A stretch of DNA of 64,000 nucleotides, taken from assembly GCA_937625935.1 (NCBI GenBank), contig OW569373.1, forward strand, positions 372,001-436,000, written 5' to 3'. The position numbers and the translations under genes were made by a program. Shown in pieces: positions 45,814 through 58,458 of the stretch; the stretch's first letter is position 1, and the number at the start of each line of letters is the position of its first letter. This DNA is from Tetramitus jugosus (lineage: Eukaryota > Protista > Heterolobosea). Below the pieces are notes generated by a model, which searched no databases, had not been told where the DNA came from, and saw only the letters and a program-made list of their open reading frames with translations.

Positions 45814-47166
45814 TTACACCTCGTCTTCGGCTTTATTTCGAATATTATGCTGTTCTCTGTATTCATCCACCTCCTTCTTCAAATCATTCAACTTCTTTTG
45901 AATTCGATTAGCAATGAGAATGTATGTATCATCCTGGTTTGTCTTTCCATTCTTGAAATCCTCAATCAGATCATCAAATCGAATTTCTCTACCGAGCTTG
46001 ACAACGACATGCGCTCCAAAGCTTGGAAGCCACTTTCGTTCACTCTTCACACCTTCCATACCTCTATGATAGATTGGATAGACTCTTGGAGTGGGATCAC
46101 TGTCTAGAATGAGCTTACCGACACCACGACGAATCGTATGAATCTCACCATCCTGCTTTATATATCCCTCTGGAAATACACTGATCCAGTGACCAGAACT
46201 CAGCTTGTTAATCGCAATATCCATTGCAGATTGATTAATGGAACCTCCACGTTGCATTGGCAGAATACGCAACGTTTTTGCCACTTCAGCAAACACAAAA
46301 TTGGCAAAACATTGATCGGCAGCACAGATGGGAGAACGCAAAATTTCAGGATTGAAATACCACGTGCTAGGAATCAAATTGGCAAACAAGAATGGTTCAT
46401 CCATCATACTGGCATGATTCAACACTGTCAACAAGCCTGGAACTTTGACGTGCGACTCTGTTAGCTCTTGTTGTTCTTGACCACCTCCATTGTCCTTGTT
46501 TTCTTGTTGTTCACCATGCTCTGTCAATGAAGAAGAAGAAGCAGCAGCTGCTTCTCTTTTGATTCTCTGCAGGTTCAACCAATGAACCCAAACCAAATCT
46601 TCAAAAGACTCTCTATTGATAAATGTAATGGTATGGAAGAGCTTCATCCATGCTTTGCACATGTAACCAAAGAAGACTGTGGCAGCTATTGAAAAGATTT
46701 TTCTTGTTGTGGTCACATTGTCAAACTCAAAGTGATGTGGCTGCTTGTAGTCCCAATAGTTGTGAATCTCTGAGCTTTTTGCTTTTGCGTCATTGTCATC
46801 GTTGCCGTTGCCGCCGCCACTACTGCTGTTGCTTGATTCATGATTATTGGCGCCAATCGTTGCGGAGTCGGAGGAATTGCGGAAAAATAGAGAGTTCAAG
46901 TTTTGGATGGTGTGATGTGGATGATGAGATGAAAACATTGGTGACATCAATGACTGAGAGGAGTTGTTGCTGGTGGTAGTGAAACGAGAGAAGAATGAAG
47001 TCTTGTCAGAGGATGACGCCAAAAAAGATTGAAAAGCTTGACGCATCGAGTCCCATGGGATCACTTCATCATTGTTGTTATTCGCTGTTGTTGGAAAAAT
47101 ATGATGTTTGCTTGTTTTAAAGGTAAACAGTGATGATGGTGTTGGAGGATCGTTGTTGCTGGACAT
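45814..47166 (-). CDS. TAZ: Tafazzin (cardiolipin transacylase)
   Basis: LLTVLNHASMMDEP (HxxxxD), CAADQCF, LPMQRGGSINQ, WISVFPEG, RGVGKLI, PIYHRGM. Confidence 0.88.
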   Translation of the reverse strand: MSSNNDPPTPSSLFTFKTSKHHIFPTTANNNNDEVIPWDSMRQAFQSFLASSSDKTSFFSRFTTTSNNSSQSLMSPMFSSHHPHHTIQNLNSLFFRNSSDSATIGANNHESSNSSSGGGNGNDDNDAKAKSSEIHNYWDYKQPHHFEFDNVTTTRKIFSIAATVFFGYMCKAWMKLFHTITFINRESFEDLVWVHWLNLQRIKREAAAASSSSLTEHGEQQENKDNGGGQEQQELTESHVKVPGLLTVLNHASMMDEPFLFANLIPSTWYFNPEILRSPICAADQCFANFVFAEVAKTLRILPMQRGGSINQSAMDIAINKLSSGHWISVFPEGYIKQDGEIHTIRRGVGKLILDSDPTPRVYPIYHRGMEGVKSERKWLPSFGAHVVVKLGREIRFDDLIEDFKNGKTNQDDTYILIANRIQKKLNDLKKEVDEYREQHNIRNKAEDEV

Positions 47167-47243
47167 TTGCTTTTTTTTTTATTCTTGTGTGGAAAATTGT
47201 TTTTTCCGATTGATCACTTTTTGTTTCCTTCCTTGTTGAGTGT

Positions 47244-49141
47244 TTAGTAGGCAACGCCTTCAATGAGAGATTTGGATGTTGGATCGTAGAAGCGAAGCAA
47301 GATTTGATCGTACATGTTCTCTGCAATTTGCTCACGTGCATCCACATCATTGATCGTGTTCAAGTATTGTTCCTTGGCATCAGTGACTGTCTCCTTTGTT
47401 AATTCGTGCATGCCTATACCAGATGGATAGAATGGCTCACCATCAATGCCAATGATAACAGGTATCCAGTTGATCTTGTTTGCCCTAATGAGCGCCATCT
47501 TCTTAAACTTGGCACTTAATTCCTCAGCAATCACTTCAAAGTCTTCAACTGAGCTTGTTCTAATGAATCGTTCAGCGTAGGCACGAAGTTCTTCTTGGTT
47601 TGCAGGATTACTGACATATTCCTTTTGAATAGGTGACAAATAATCAGTCATTTCATCTTCCATCAGAGAAGGGTTCAACACTTGTTCATTAAATAGTTCT
47701 GCACCAGCATTCATAAAGGTTTGAATTCCTTGCTGTATCATGGAATCCATTCTTGGGTTTTGCAAATGGATAGTACTCTTCAATGCAAACTTTGGATTCA
47801 ATACTCGGCGAAGCTCACTTGGTAGAGCAAGGGCGTTCTCTGCACCAGAGAGATTCTCACCATATGCAGCGTGCACTCTTTGAGAGAAGGATTGTCCGTT
47901 ATTGGACAGGGAGTCTAGTGCGGAAATATAGTGTGTATCCTCATAGAATCCAAGGGCGCGGCTCTCACTTTGACGAAGTGCCTCATCAAAATCGTTCAAC
48001 ACAATGTGTTCATAGACATCTTCAGTCTTCTTTTCCTCCAACGTACTTCTGAAATGAACCTTAATCTTCTCGTTGATGGCAATCCAAAATTCGTTCTGTT
48101 CTGCTTCGGATAGTTTCGGCAATGCATTTTTGATTAGGGAGATAGGAACATGCTTCTTCGAATATTTTTCTTGGTCATATGGTGGTAGAGTAAAGAACTT
48201 TCTATCCAACATCACCTGATAAACTTCGAGAACTCTCACTGGATTATAAAGCTTGTGACATAATTGGATCAATTGATAGAAAACGGATAAATAAGCAGGG
48301 TTTGGTTTCGAGTTTCTTGTCACCCGCAACATCTCCTTCAAGAAGAAGAATCCTCTGCCCAAGTGTTCATTCAAGATGCAACAATCCATCAATCTGTTGA
48401 AAGTGACACTACTTGGTGTTATTCTTTGCTTTTGCATGTCGTTATAAATCTGAACCACTTCGCCCATATAACCAATGTTCTTTGAGAATGTTTTGATGAG
48501 AGCAGTGTAAACTCTAACATCAGGTGATGCGGTAAATCGATGATATGCCTCAACAGCTGATTTGGTATCACCCGTCTTTGAAGCATCAAAAATTTGTTTT
48601 GCTAATTCCTTATTTCTATTGTTCATCTGGTGATCCTTTTGAACACCACTTGGGTTCAATTCCTTGTTCTTCTCAGCCAAAATCTTCTTGTTAGCTTTTG
48701 CGTTTGGAGTGAATCCATACACTGTTCTTGGTTGATTTGCCTTGTATTCGAACGAGTTCTTTCTTGGTCCTTCGACTCTATCCATTTCAACCTTGCCAAA
48801 ATCCACTTTCGGGAAAAGTGTTCTGTGTGGCTTGCCCTTTGCTGGTTTACGTGGTCCCTTTGATCGACCCTTCTTTGTTCTCAACTGCGTTTGGAATGCG
48901 GCTAAACATTTGAGAAAAGGTGGTGGTTATTTAGCAATCGCTCAATCATTATCCAATCGTCTCACACACAAGAATGAAAAAATGCAACTTGCATTTTCAC
49001 ACAAAAAAGCAAAAAGTGCGATGAGAGACATTGCAAAAGAATGCACATACCTGGAAACAAAACTGATGAGGAGTGAGTAGTATGGCTCAATGGTTTGCCA
49101 CAAATGAGTGCATTCTTAAATAACAGCTGTCTGGTCAACAT
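47244..49141 (-). CDS. Mitochondrial PPR-repeat protein; one 5' intron (about 48903-49050)
   Basis: Exon 1 MLTRQLLFKNALICGKPLSH...FP then GTATGT; PPR motifs PDVRVYTALIKTF...YNDMQKQRITPSSVTFNRLMDCC. Confidence 0.7.
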
Positions 49142-49344
49142 TTTTCACAGGGTGATGTCGTCTTGTTCGATTTCTGCGCTGCAAAAATTTTTGTTGTAAC
49201 AGGTTGACTTTGCTTTTTTTTACTTTGGTTGAAGTTTCAATGCGAAAAATTTGCTCGCGACAGTCGGATTCTTTGCTGGCGAACGTTTTGTATTATTTTG
49301 ATCTCTCTGCCCACACAAAGAAACTACAATAACTAGTTCAAATT

Positions 49345-50513
49345 ATGGTATGTGCATCAATATAATTGAGGTGTGAACTGTGTTTAGTTCTCGATTGCCT
49401 TAATGCTGCATTTTATGTTTGAATCTATATAACTGTATCATCAACTGATTTCCTAACAACAACAACAATGCTTTCATTTCTACTCTGACTTTCAACCCTA
49501 TTTGCACACAACTCACCAATAATAATAGTCCAATTATTCTCCAAAGTCTCCAGTAGACCCACGAAATTTCCCAAATTCTCCACAACAGCAGCAATACTCC
49601 TCTCCTATGGGTGGTAGTGCAGACAACAAGGACAACAACAACGTTGGTGGTAACAACAATGAGCCAGTTCCTATTGACAAGACCAATTCCACGACTTTGT
49701 TTGTTGGTAACTTGCCATTCAACATGCGTGAGAATGAAATGGGAGACTTGTTTAGCAAGTTTGGAAAGATTAGACACGTCAAGGTTGGTATTGACAAGTA
49801 CAGTGGAAAGAGCAGAGGTTATGGCTTTGTTGAATTTGAAGACAGAGTGGATGCTGAAGCTGCATTCAAAAAGTACAATGGTTATGATTTGATGGGCAGA
49901 GTGTTGCGTCTTGATTGGGACTTGGGTTTCGAAAAGAAGAGAGAAATGGGATACTCTGGTGAGCGTGGTGGTGATCGCGGTGGTGGTGACCGTGGCGGCA
50001 GAGGTGGCGGTGGCAGCAGAAGAGGCTTCGGAAGACCAATGTTCTCACGTGGAAGAAGATACTCTCCATATGGTGGTGCTGGTGGTGGTGGTGCCGGTGC
50101 TGGTGGTGGCAGAGGAAGAAGTCCTAGAAGATATTCCAGATCTCCTCCTCCAAGAAGACGCTACTCCAGATCTCCACCAAGAAGATATGAGAGAAATGAG
50201 AGAGGTTATGACAGATATGATAGATATGAAAGAAGACCACAATACAGTCCAAGAAGACGTAGTCCAAGTCCACGTATGGGTGGTTCTCCTCCTCGCAGAG
50301 GTATGTTTCTTTAATGGATGATGAGTTGCGACAGTGAGCGCAAACAACACTTGATTCGAATGCTAACAATTTTTTTGTTTGTTTTTAGAGGCTTATCCAG
50401 GTGATCGCAGAAGCCCAGCCTACGATAGAAGATATTCCGGTTCTCCAGGATCACCTCCAAGAGGCGATGGACGCCGTGGTGGTTCTCCTCCAATGCAAGA
50501 TATGAGACAATAG
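49345..50513 (+). CDS. SR-family RNA-binding protein (RRM + RGG + RS/SP repeats; Tra2/SRSF10-like), two introns
   Basis: RNP2 LFVGNL, RNP1 RGYGFVEF, RRYSRSPP repeats. First exon appears to be ATG only, followed by GTATGT. A second intron (about 50301-50388) leads to the last exon ending ...QDMRQ* at 50513. Confidence 0.85.
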
Positions 50514-51415
50514 TTTCATCATATGATCACGAAAAATTGTCGATTGAGTCATTGATTTGTTGCGCAAAATGAAGTCTAGAGTCTGATCGCGTCACACATG
50601 ATTGCTCGATGTGTGACCTCCTCGTTTGTATGCACAAGACTATTTCTGGCCGTTGAACAAGACATCCGACAACAACAGGACAACAACATTGTTTATCAAC
50701 AGCAATATTATACAACACACTGTACAATACAATTTAGAAGACCAGCAACAAAGGTAATCAAGAGAATCAAGAAGTTGTGTGGGCATATGCAATGATATTT
50801 CATTTGACGAAGGCGATTCGTCATCTTGTGGTCCATTCGTTCGTGTTTAAGGGAGCTATTGAAGGCAAGAAGTTGTTTGCATGTCAGTCATTATTTCTGG
50901 TTGGCAAGTTGGCAAGAGGAAAAGGTTTTCGTGTGTTTCAAGGAGAGGTTTCTAATTAGATTTTGAGTGTTAAGACTATTCGCCTGAAGAGAAGATTTAG
51001 TGTTTGTGGAATAAATATGATGAGATTGACAAAATGGGATGATGAGTGAAAAACAAGGAGTGGGTTGAAAATGGATTGTATGTAGCTTGTAGTGTCCGTA
51101 TCTGTTGTGCTTGTGTTCGACATGTCATAACAAACACAGCTTGTTGGTATTGCACTTGTCTTTCGTGTGTTGCTGAATTGGTATGTATACATATGCTCAT
51201 CCTTCAAACAACTTATTTCTTTTGTGCTGTAATAAAACCACTGGTAAATAAGGCTCCACTGTCGTCATAACATTTGGTGTTTTCTTTCTTGGATTTTCCC
51301 GGCACGATGCAAAAAAACAGTCCAGTCCACACTTGAAGTTCAAAATTGCGAACGCACCAACATTAATTGTGGGCAAATTTCTTTCAGTCAACATACCCAG
51401 AAACCCACAAACAAC

Positions 51416-53377
51416 ATGAGCAACCTTTTACTGAAAGAAATTGAAGATTACTTCAACGGTAAATATGGAGCTGGAGACAAGCCGCGTCTAGGACAAACCC
51501 AGGTAACTTTTGATGACCACGACAAAGCTTGCGACTTTTTGCAGAGGTTACGCCAAATAGAACCTGTAACCAATGATGTAGCCGTCTTTATTGACTGCCT
51601 TACCTCTATTCAGACAATGACTCATCTTCATCTACCAAAACGTGCATCTCGAAACTTATTCGAAAAACACAAGGAAGCCTACAACTGTGTTTTATGTCAC
51701 AGTGCAACACCTATTAGTGATAGCCATGTTATCTCCAAATGTCTCTTCAAACAACATTGTTGGGGGTACAACAACGTACCATTTGCAGTTTCAGGATTGA
51801 AGGCTTCGTCTGGCGAGGATTCACTCTTTTGTGCTCCTCTGCTATGCAACAAGTGTGAGCAGCTGTTCAGTAGGTTTGAAGGACATGAAGATATAATTGC
51901 CAGAGACTTGAAGGAAAAGAAAGAGTGCACCTACGATTGGAAGTTTGTGAGTTTTGTTCTCTCTCTCAGTTTTAGAGCATTTTTTAGAAAGTCGTTGTTC
52001 GGGGGTGAAGAGTTGAAGTACTATCTGGAGGCATGGCGTTCTTTTCATCCTATGGTATCACAACTTAGATCCGTGTTCAAATGGATGAGTACAAATATTA
52101 AGAGCTTCTCAGAAGCTCAACCAGATTTTACGCTGGAAGAGTGTGAAGGTATTGATGAGTTTCTACCACTCTTTGTCATTGGTGCTCAACCATATGCGAG
52201 CCAACCAATATTTTCTGACGTACAAATTCTCAAAAAAGACATCAACTCAGCCGAAGGGGGGATTTGTACGTTTACACACACGAGATTCTTATCGTTTGCG
52301 GTTGCCTGGCCAAGGTTTACACATGGTTATATTATCCAAGAAGATGGTCTCCTGTATCCTGATTGGTTCGGATATCAGAGAATTTTACCAAACGGTTGGA
52401 GGCACCAAAAATTGGGGTTGAAGTACGGATCACCGAATGTACTGAACAAGTTAGTTGTAGCTGATTCTGAGGCAAGTGAGAGTTCTAACCATTCAGATAA
52501 GATGTTAAGGTATGTTGAGAACTACAGTAGGACTCAAGCTCTCAAGATTGCCACAACAATCACGCTTCCTACCAGGATTGGTTGCTTTTTCTTTTATGAC
52601 CCGTGCAAATTGGAATTGCACATCAATAAGTACCAAACAGATATCGAGTGGAAGACCGAGAAACAGCGCGCCTATGCAAATTTTACTGATATGAGCTACT
52701 GGCGTGTAGTTCAAATAGGAGTTAAGAACTTTATCCTCTTCCATATTTTTAATCCTCGACCAACGGCCATTCAAATTGAGTTATTCGAAATGAAAGGAGG
52801 CAGGCTCTACCATCACAACTACGGTCTTGTTGAATGGAGTCAAATAGATAAAATCTACGGCTTAAGGGACTATCTCCTACGAGAAAGCAGATCTGAGAAC
52901 TTACCAAAAGAGTTACCTGCAAGCTGGATGGAAAACATTCAAGCGCCAATAGAGGCAAATGAAATCGGTGACTACTTTAGCTATTTCAAATATCAATCAC
53001 AAATGGGTGATACAAGCTTCAAAATGGGTGAATACTGCCTTGCACTTGTGTGTTTCAAGAGGGCGTTGTTAGCACTAGAAGCAATCGAATGTTCAAACCT
53101 TCAAATGGTTCGCTACTTTAAGCTACTGACGTATACCCAGTTACACGGGGCCGTAGACAAACACCACATGTTGTTTGGTGACAAATTTATGTCATACCTG
53201 CCTGATGAGAGTAGCACTGCGGTCGATTTATCATGCAGACATTGTCAAAAACAACATACCAGTAATTTTCCACTCAAGAGATGCATGGCATGCAAGAACG
53301 TGCTTTATTGCACTAGCAATTGCCAGAGAGATGATTGGCCGAGACACAAGACTGAGTGCGCTCAGCTGAAGAGGTAA
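51416..53377 (+). CDS. HNH-like zinc-binding domain, uncharacterised middle region, TPR-like helices and C-terminal MYND zinc finger
   Basis: CVLC...SDSHVISK...LLCNKCEQLFSRFE; C-terminal CRHC...LKRCMACKNVLYCTSNCQRDDWPRHKTEC (canonical MYND); intronless 653-aa ORF. Confidence 0.75.
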   Translation: MSNLLLKEIEDYFNGKYGAGDKPRLGQTQVTFDDHDKACDFLQRLRQIEPVTNDVAVFIDCLTSIQTMTHLHLPKRASRNLFEKHKEAYNCVLCHSATPISDSHVISKCLFKQHCWGYNNVPFAVSGLKASSGEDSLFCAPLLCNKCEQLFSRFEGHEDIIARDLKEKKECTYDWKFVSFVLSLSFRAFFRKSLFGGEELKYYLEAWRSFHPMVSQLRSVFKWMSTNIKSFSEAQPDFTLEECEGIDEFLPLFVIGAQPYASQPIFSDVQILKKDINSAEGGICTFTHTRFLSFAVAWPRFTHGYIIQEDGLLYPDWFGYQRILPNGWRHQKLGLKYGSPNVLNKLVVADSEASESSNHSDKMLRYVENYSRTQALKIATTITLPTRIGCFFFYDPCKLELHINKYQTDIEWKTEKQRAYANFTDMSYWRVVQIGVKNFILFHIFNPRPTAIQIELFEMKGGRLYHHNYGLVEWSQIDKIYGLRDYLLRESRSENLPKELPASWMENIQAPIEANEIGDYFSYFKYQSQMGDTSFKMGEYCLALVCFKRALLALEAIECSNLQMVRYFKLLTYTQLHGAVDKHHMLFGDKFMSYLPDESSTAVDLSCRHCQKQHTSNFPLKRCMACKNVLYCTSNCQRDDWPRHKTECAQLKR

Positions 53378-53440
53378 TTTGGTCAACTTTGTTTGACTTG
53401 ATGTTCTTCATGATTGCTCTCACATATTCAGATACTGTTT

Positions 53441-55059
53441 TCATTCACCAGGAGTTTGCCCAATACAAATTGAAATGTCGCAAAAATTGCCCATTGACAA
53501 AACTTTCAGTAAATTCCTCGAGAACTCTTGAGACTTCATTTTGCTTCTGACGAAGTAAAGCACAGAATGTTGTTGACCACATGCAACTCTCATCTCCAAA
53601 TCACGAGACATATTCATCTTGTTTTCAACAAACGATAATTTAAAAATACAAGCCCTTTGAAGTGTCACTGCTTGAGGAAGACTGAAAAATAATTGATCTG
53701 ATTTTAAAAGGTCAGTGAACAACTCGTTGGTTATTGTGTCCCAATGAAATCATAAAATATGTACATACTCACAGAATTGTATCCGCATGCAATAATTCTG
53801 TTGTCATCTGTCGTGCAGATTGAATGCCACGATCCGGCAGCAATTGTTTGAATACGACTCGGTGGGTCCTTCATGACTGAATCAACAGAATCTGGAAATA
53901 TTATACTCTTTCTATCCAGTGCATCCCGACTCGAAGTCATACCTACCAACTTTTGAATAAGTGGTGATTCTCTAACCGACTGACATCGACGTTCTGCCTT
54001 CGGCTCCTGACCACACTCACCGTGGAAATTATTACCACAGAATAGAACTCTCTTCTGATAATCGAGAAACATGGTGTGATTATTACCACATTTCACATCT
54101 TCAATAAACGAATCATGCTGTATCTTGATCATATGTGGTACATGTTTGGTTCGATTTCTCTCGAGTGTCTGCTCCAATCCCAACTGACACGAGTCATTCA
54201 TTCCAATTCCATAACACTGACCTGTCACAGTCAAAAATATTGTGTGACTATAACCGAGAGCAATACTCTTGATTGCATGAGGTATTGAACTGAGATACTC
54301 AAATCGCGTAAACTCCATTAGATACTGCGGTTGACGAGAGAGAGACGTATCGGATTCATCACTAATCTCACCCAGATTGCCACCTCGACTACATCCAGCG
54401 AACCACACGGACCCATCAGCACACAGAACAGCAGATGCCTGTGGTCCACAAAACACATTGACAACCACTGGAAAATCATCGTGATTCAACTGTGGATGAA
54501 CAATGGGTCGATCCACTGATGCTGGCGATCCCAAACCAGAACTATGCTGTCCCTGAACGCCCATTGTCAAAATAACAGGTTTACTTTGACGATCTCCCAT
54601 GGAAACAGATGAACCATAGTACTCATTCTTTGCTTGACAAACGAAAAAGACATGATTCTCTCCACATGCGACATCATGAACAAAGTACGTTTCATTCAAT
54701 TCTTCGAGACCGAGTTGTGAGATGGCATTTGGTGGAATTGCACTATTGGACACGGTGACTATCCTTACCACATGTTCACCACTACCATATACTTGACCAT
54801 TCTCACACAAGTACCAGGTCCTCGAGTTACCACAGACAATTTTTTTGATGGGTGCGGGCAATTGTGTGGAGGTTGTTGTGCTATCGTTGTTCACCTTGCT
54901 ACTCTCGTAGGCAGTGTTCAAGATGTTATCATCATAGTACAGCTTTGTCATTGGTTGATCTCCTTGTTTTTTTCTCGTGTTCGCTCTCTGGCCAGATTTT
55001 TTTTTGTGCACGAGCGGAGAAAACTGTTCGCAAGGATCTGGAACTTGAGAAAAATACAA
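53441..55059 (-). CDS. RCC1-repeat protein; probable intron about 53699-53767; start codon uncertain
   Basis: IVCGNSRT, VACGENHV, IALGYSHTIFLT..GQCYGIGMNDSCQLG, VKCGNNHT, IAAGSWHS, and last-exon VACGQQHS. Confidence 0.8.
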
Positions 55060-55255
55060 AGCAAGAAAATCAGATCTCTGGAAGCAATCCCACTAATTCC
55101 TACCATGTTCACAAGTTTCGACAGAACCTTAGAAAATTACTAAAACTCTTTCAAGGTTGTGTTGTCAAAGAGGAATGAACAGAAATGATGCCAAAGTTAT
55201 CCATGTTTCACCAGTATTGTTACCTCACCCAAGCCATTACACATAATTTCAGTCG

Positions 55256-55342
55256 AATACTTAATCGATCGTAACTTCGATCCTGATTGTTAGTCTGTAA
55301 TAAACATTCCTCCATACTGTATCGTGCGATCGATTAAGTATT
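55256..55342. repeat. Perfect 16-bp inverted repeat with 55-bp spacer
   Basis: AATACTTAATCGATCG (55256-55271) and CGATCGATTAAGTATT (55327-55342). Confidence 0.85.
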
Positions 55343-55699
55343 GGCTTCATTCTATATAGAACATTGAAAAGGTCCAGATATTACGAAGTATTTTCCCACT
55401 ACTCCCTCAAATGAATAGATTTTCAAGTAGAAAAGCCTATTCAACGATAATAAGTAGACCTACAATGAATTAGATTCTTTGACTCTCCACACATGGAGGT
55501 AGTTCTAAAATGCTATAAAAGAACATACTTTGATTCACACACTATCAATATCAGGTGAGTTCATTAATGGTTATTGGGCATCAAAACTCTCATAGAAAGA
55601 AACATTGAAGATGACATTCTCCCTCTTTTCTCTCGAGAATTTGTATGAACAGGCTTCTTTTCCGTCGAAAGAGAATCTTTCACATAGCATACAAGAGAA

Positions 55700-56220
55700 T
55701 GATTGCTCAACTGAAGAGAAACTGGCTTCAATTTACCTGTCCAAAACTTCGTTTGCATCGAATCACCATATCCTTTATCTTATTCTCTCCACTCATAGGT
55801 TTCATCACCATGACCAAAAGTTTTGTCACGCTTCTTGAGCACACTGGAAACATTCTCAGGTCCCAATAGCTTCTTAATGTCGTCCACTGACATGTTTTCA
55901 TGCCATGGACGACCACCTTTCTTGTGTAATCAATACTGCGCTTGGGATCTTGTCAGTCCTCCTCTCTTTGTCACAGAATTCAACAAACTTATAGATACGG
56001 TCACCTTGGCCATCACACATGCAACAAAATATTGGTATTATTGTTTACCAGTTTTCCTTTACTAGTTAGTTGTGCACCTACCATTGCACCACTGTTGATT
56101 ATCAACTTGTACAGTCACATTGAGCTCTATTTCGCAGATAAATCGTTTGAAATTCAGACAGGATCTGTGTTTAGATGTAAGAGATAGCCGGGCTTTTCTG
56201 CGTACGCAGTTTTTTTTTAA
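55700..56220 (-). mobile_element. Older, heavily degraded ORF1 relic related to the adjacent non-LTR element
   Basis: Frame-switching text RIYKFVEFC...KVVVHG...SVDDIKKLLGPENVSSVLKKRDKTF parallels EIYEFVAHF...KKLVMYG...EEEVSALVGADKVQQVVLTNSTAF in the ORF at 57906-58346. Confidence 0.45.
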
Positions 56221-56229
56221 TTCAACAAA

Positions 56230-58400
56230 TGGTGCTCACGCACCACGTTGCGGAACTTTTATTTTTCTTTTGCGTGAGACCTGGCTTGCCTGCTCTCAAT
56301 TGCCTAACATGATGTGGAGCTTGCCCAGTGGAGTGGCAGGATTCATTCGCTTCTTGGAATGTTGTTTTAATCCCTTCATGACTTTCTCACACCTTCCCTT
56401 CCAAAGATCTCTGTAGCCTTTGTGCTTAGGACCTTAGTAATAGTAACACATTGTTCATTCGTGTCGTCCATCCGTTCCACTCGGTGCCTTGACAAATCAT
56501 CAAGCACTTGTGTTGCATAGGTTATCCACCGTTTGTCGTTCTTGTTCTTCGGGAATAGGAGGTTAGGTCGTTCTACCTCCACTTCTTCCTGATGTACAAT
56601 TTCCACTGATACCCGAGTTGAGATATGGTCACTTATTGCGCCATTACAAACTATAGGCTCCACGTTGCCGATCAAAGTCAGCGCAGCTCTGTTCGCCCAT
56701 GTGGAATCAATGCGGGAGACATTGTTCTATTATAGTAGGTGTGAAACCTATGTACGCCCAGTGCTTGGTTGATGTCATGCATATTGCAGCTGCTGACCAT
56801 AGTATTCAATGAATTAGTGTTTGGGTCCTTTCTCTTCGACGTCCTATCTTCCTCTGATACCACCGCATTATGGTCACCACCAAATAAAACTTTGCCAGCG
56901 ACGGATACTCTGCACAGGATCAGGCTGATGCTCTCATAATGCTCTTTGTTTGCTTTATGTGGACCGTAGTGGTTCCCTATCGTGAGTGTTTCGTTGCCAC
57001 ATATCACTGTGACTACTTGTAAACGGTCATCACTGTAAACAATCACATGACTTGATACCTACCTTGTGTTGATAATTGTTGCAACATACTTGCTAGGGAA
57101 TTCGCAGAGGAGTATGCAGTCTATAGCTGCAAGTTGTTTCGTCAGCTTTGTCAGCTGATCCTGGTGTAAAATTCTTGTTTCTTGCAACAAGAGAATGTCC
57201 ACATTCCCTTGCTTCAACATATTAATAATGTCAACGACCTTACCAGGTAGACCGTTGACATTGTACCAGACAACTCCTAACATAATGTAGAGTCGCCTCT
57301 TGGGGCTCTCGTTAAAGAGGCGTCCCTCTGTCGAATCGTTGGTAAGCGAGCAGGGGTATTGATCAATTGCCTTTAACCTCTCATTCATCTCATCCAGTTG
57401 AGAGCTTGCGCACCTTTTACCCCTCTTAACTGGTGTGTCTTGATTGTTCAGACATATTTCTGCCAATTCATGGAATGCAGATGTGCTTGTTATAGCGCTA
57501 GTGCTCTTGCTGCGGCTACACTGCGGATATAGTGCCTGCTCGTCCTGCATCACTTCATTACTCTGTGGTTGCAATGTGGATTCCCAGTTGCTTGCTTCGT
57601 CTTCCTGTCGAGGCTGAGTGTCGTCACTGCGTCTTGATTCTTCATTAGTTCGTCTAAGAGGTGTTCTCTTCGTCTTTCTCTTGGTCTTCGCTTGCAGGTT
57701 CTTAATGTCTTAGAGTTTTCATCATTTGCTCCATTTGAGCAACCTTTCTACTGAGTGCTTCGACCATCAGGATTAACTCCTTTCTAGTACTCTCTATCCT
57801 TTTGTAAACAGTGTAAAGTTACACATGAGGTTCCACTTTGTGTTCCATGTATTTGCTTACCTTCATTGACAACGAGGAATCTCCAACTACCGCTTGAGCA
57901 TATGTTTATGACTTCATTGTCACAAACGCTGTGCTGTTTGTTAATACCACTTGCTGCACTTTGTCAGCACCGACCAGTGCTGAAACCTCTTCCTCTTTTT
58001 TGCCTTCTACCCCATACATGACAAGCTTTTTGTCGTTGTCAAGTCCTCTCTTGATAAATGCCTTGGCATTTTTCACACACTTTCTTGCATTGAAATGAGC
58101 CACAAACTCATATATTTCATCCTTCTTGATGTTGAGCCATGCAATGAACTCATTCTTCTCCCATTTGATTACCTGTACCCTTGTCACCCACGGGGCACAC
58201 TTGCTTGCAATGTGTCTCGCTACCTCCCATGCAGACCCCTGTTGGTCGTTGCCCTTGATTACTACTTCACGGCGGTTGACTGAACCACCTTTTGGAAGTG
58301 TTGTCCACACTGCATGCCTGTTTTTGACATACTCACGTACCTCCATTGGAGAGGATGGAATTTCCGTTTGTTTGCATTCGTTTTTTTTGAAATATTTCAA
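56230..58400 (-). mobile_element. Degraded non-LTR retrotransposon: ORF1 (RRM-like) and ORF2 APE endonuclease; no RT visible
   Basis: ORF2 from ATG 57283: WYNVNGL, DILLLQETR, GNHYGP, GGDHNA, HTY, then SRID after a frameshift and SDH, i.e. the APE motif series. In-frame TAG at 57059-57061. ORF1 starts near 58346 and has stops. Confidence 0.8.
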
Positions 58401-58458
58401 AAAAATTAAGCCTTTCTGCATATTCCAAATAAGGAAATTGGTGAACATAACAATATGA

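Noticed and set aside
57059-57061. In-frame TAG in the APE ORF as a sign of readthrough or a variant genetic code
   Set aside because: The same element has frameshifts and other stops, intact genes end normally in TAA, TAG or TGA, and both tRNAs have ordinary anticodons.
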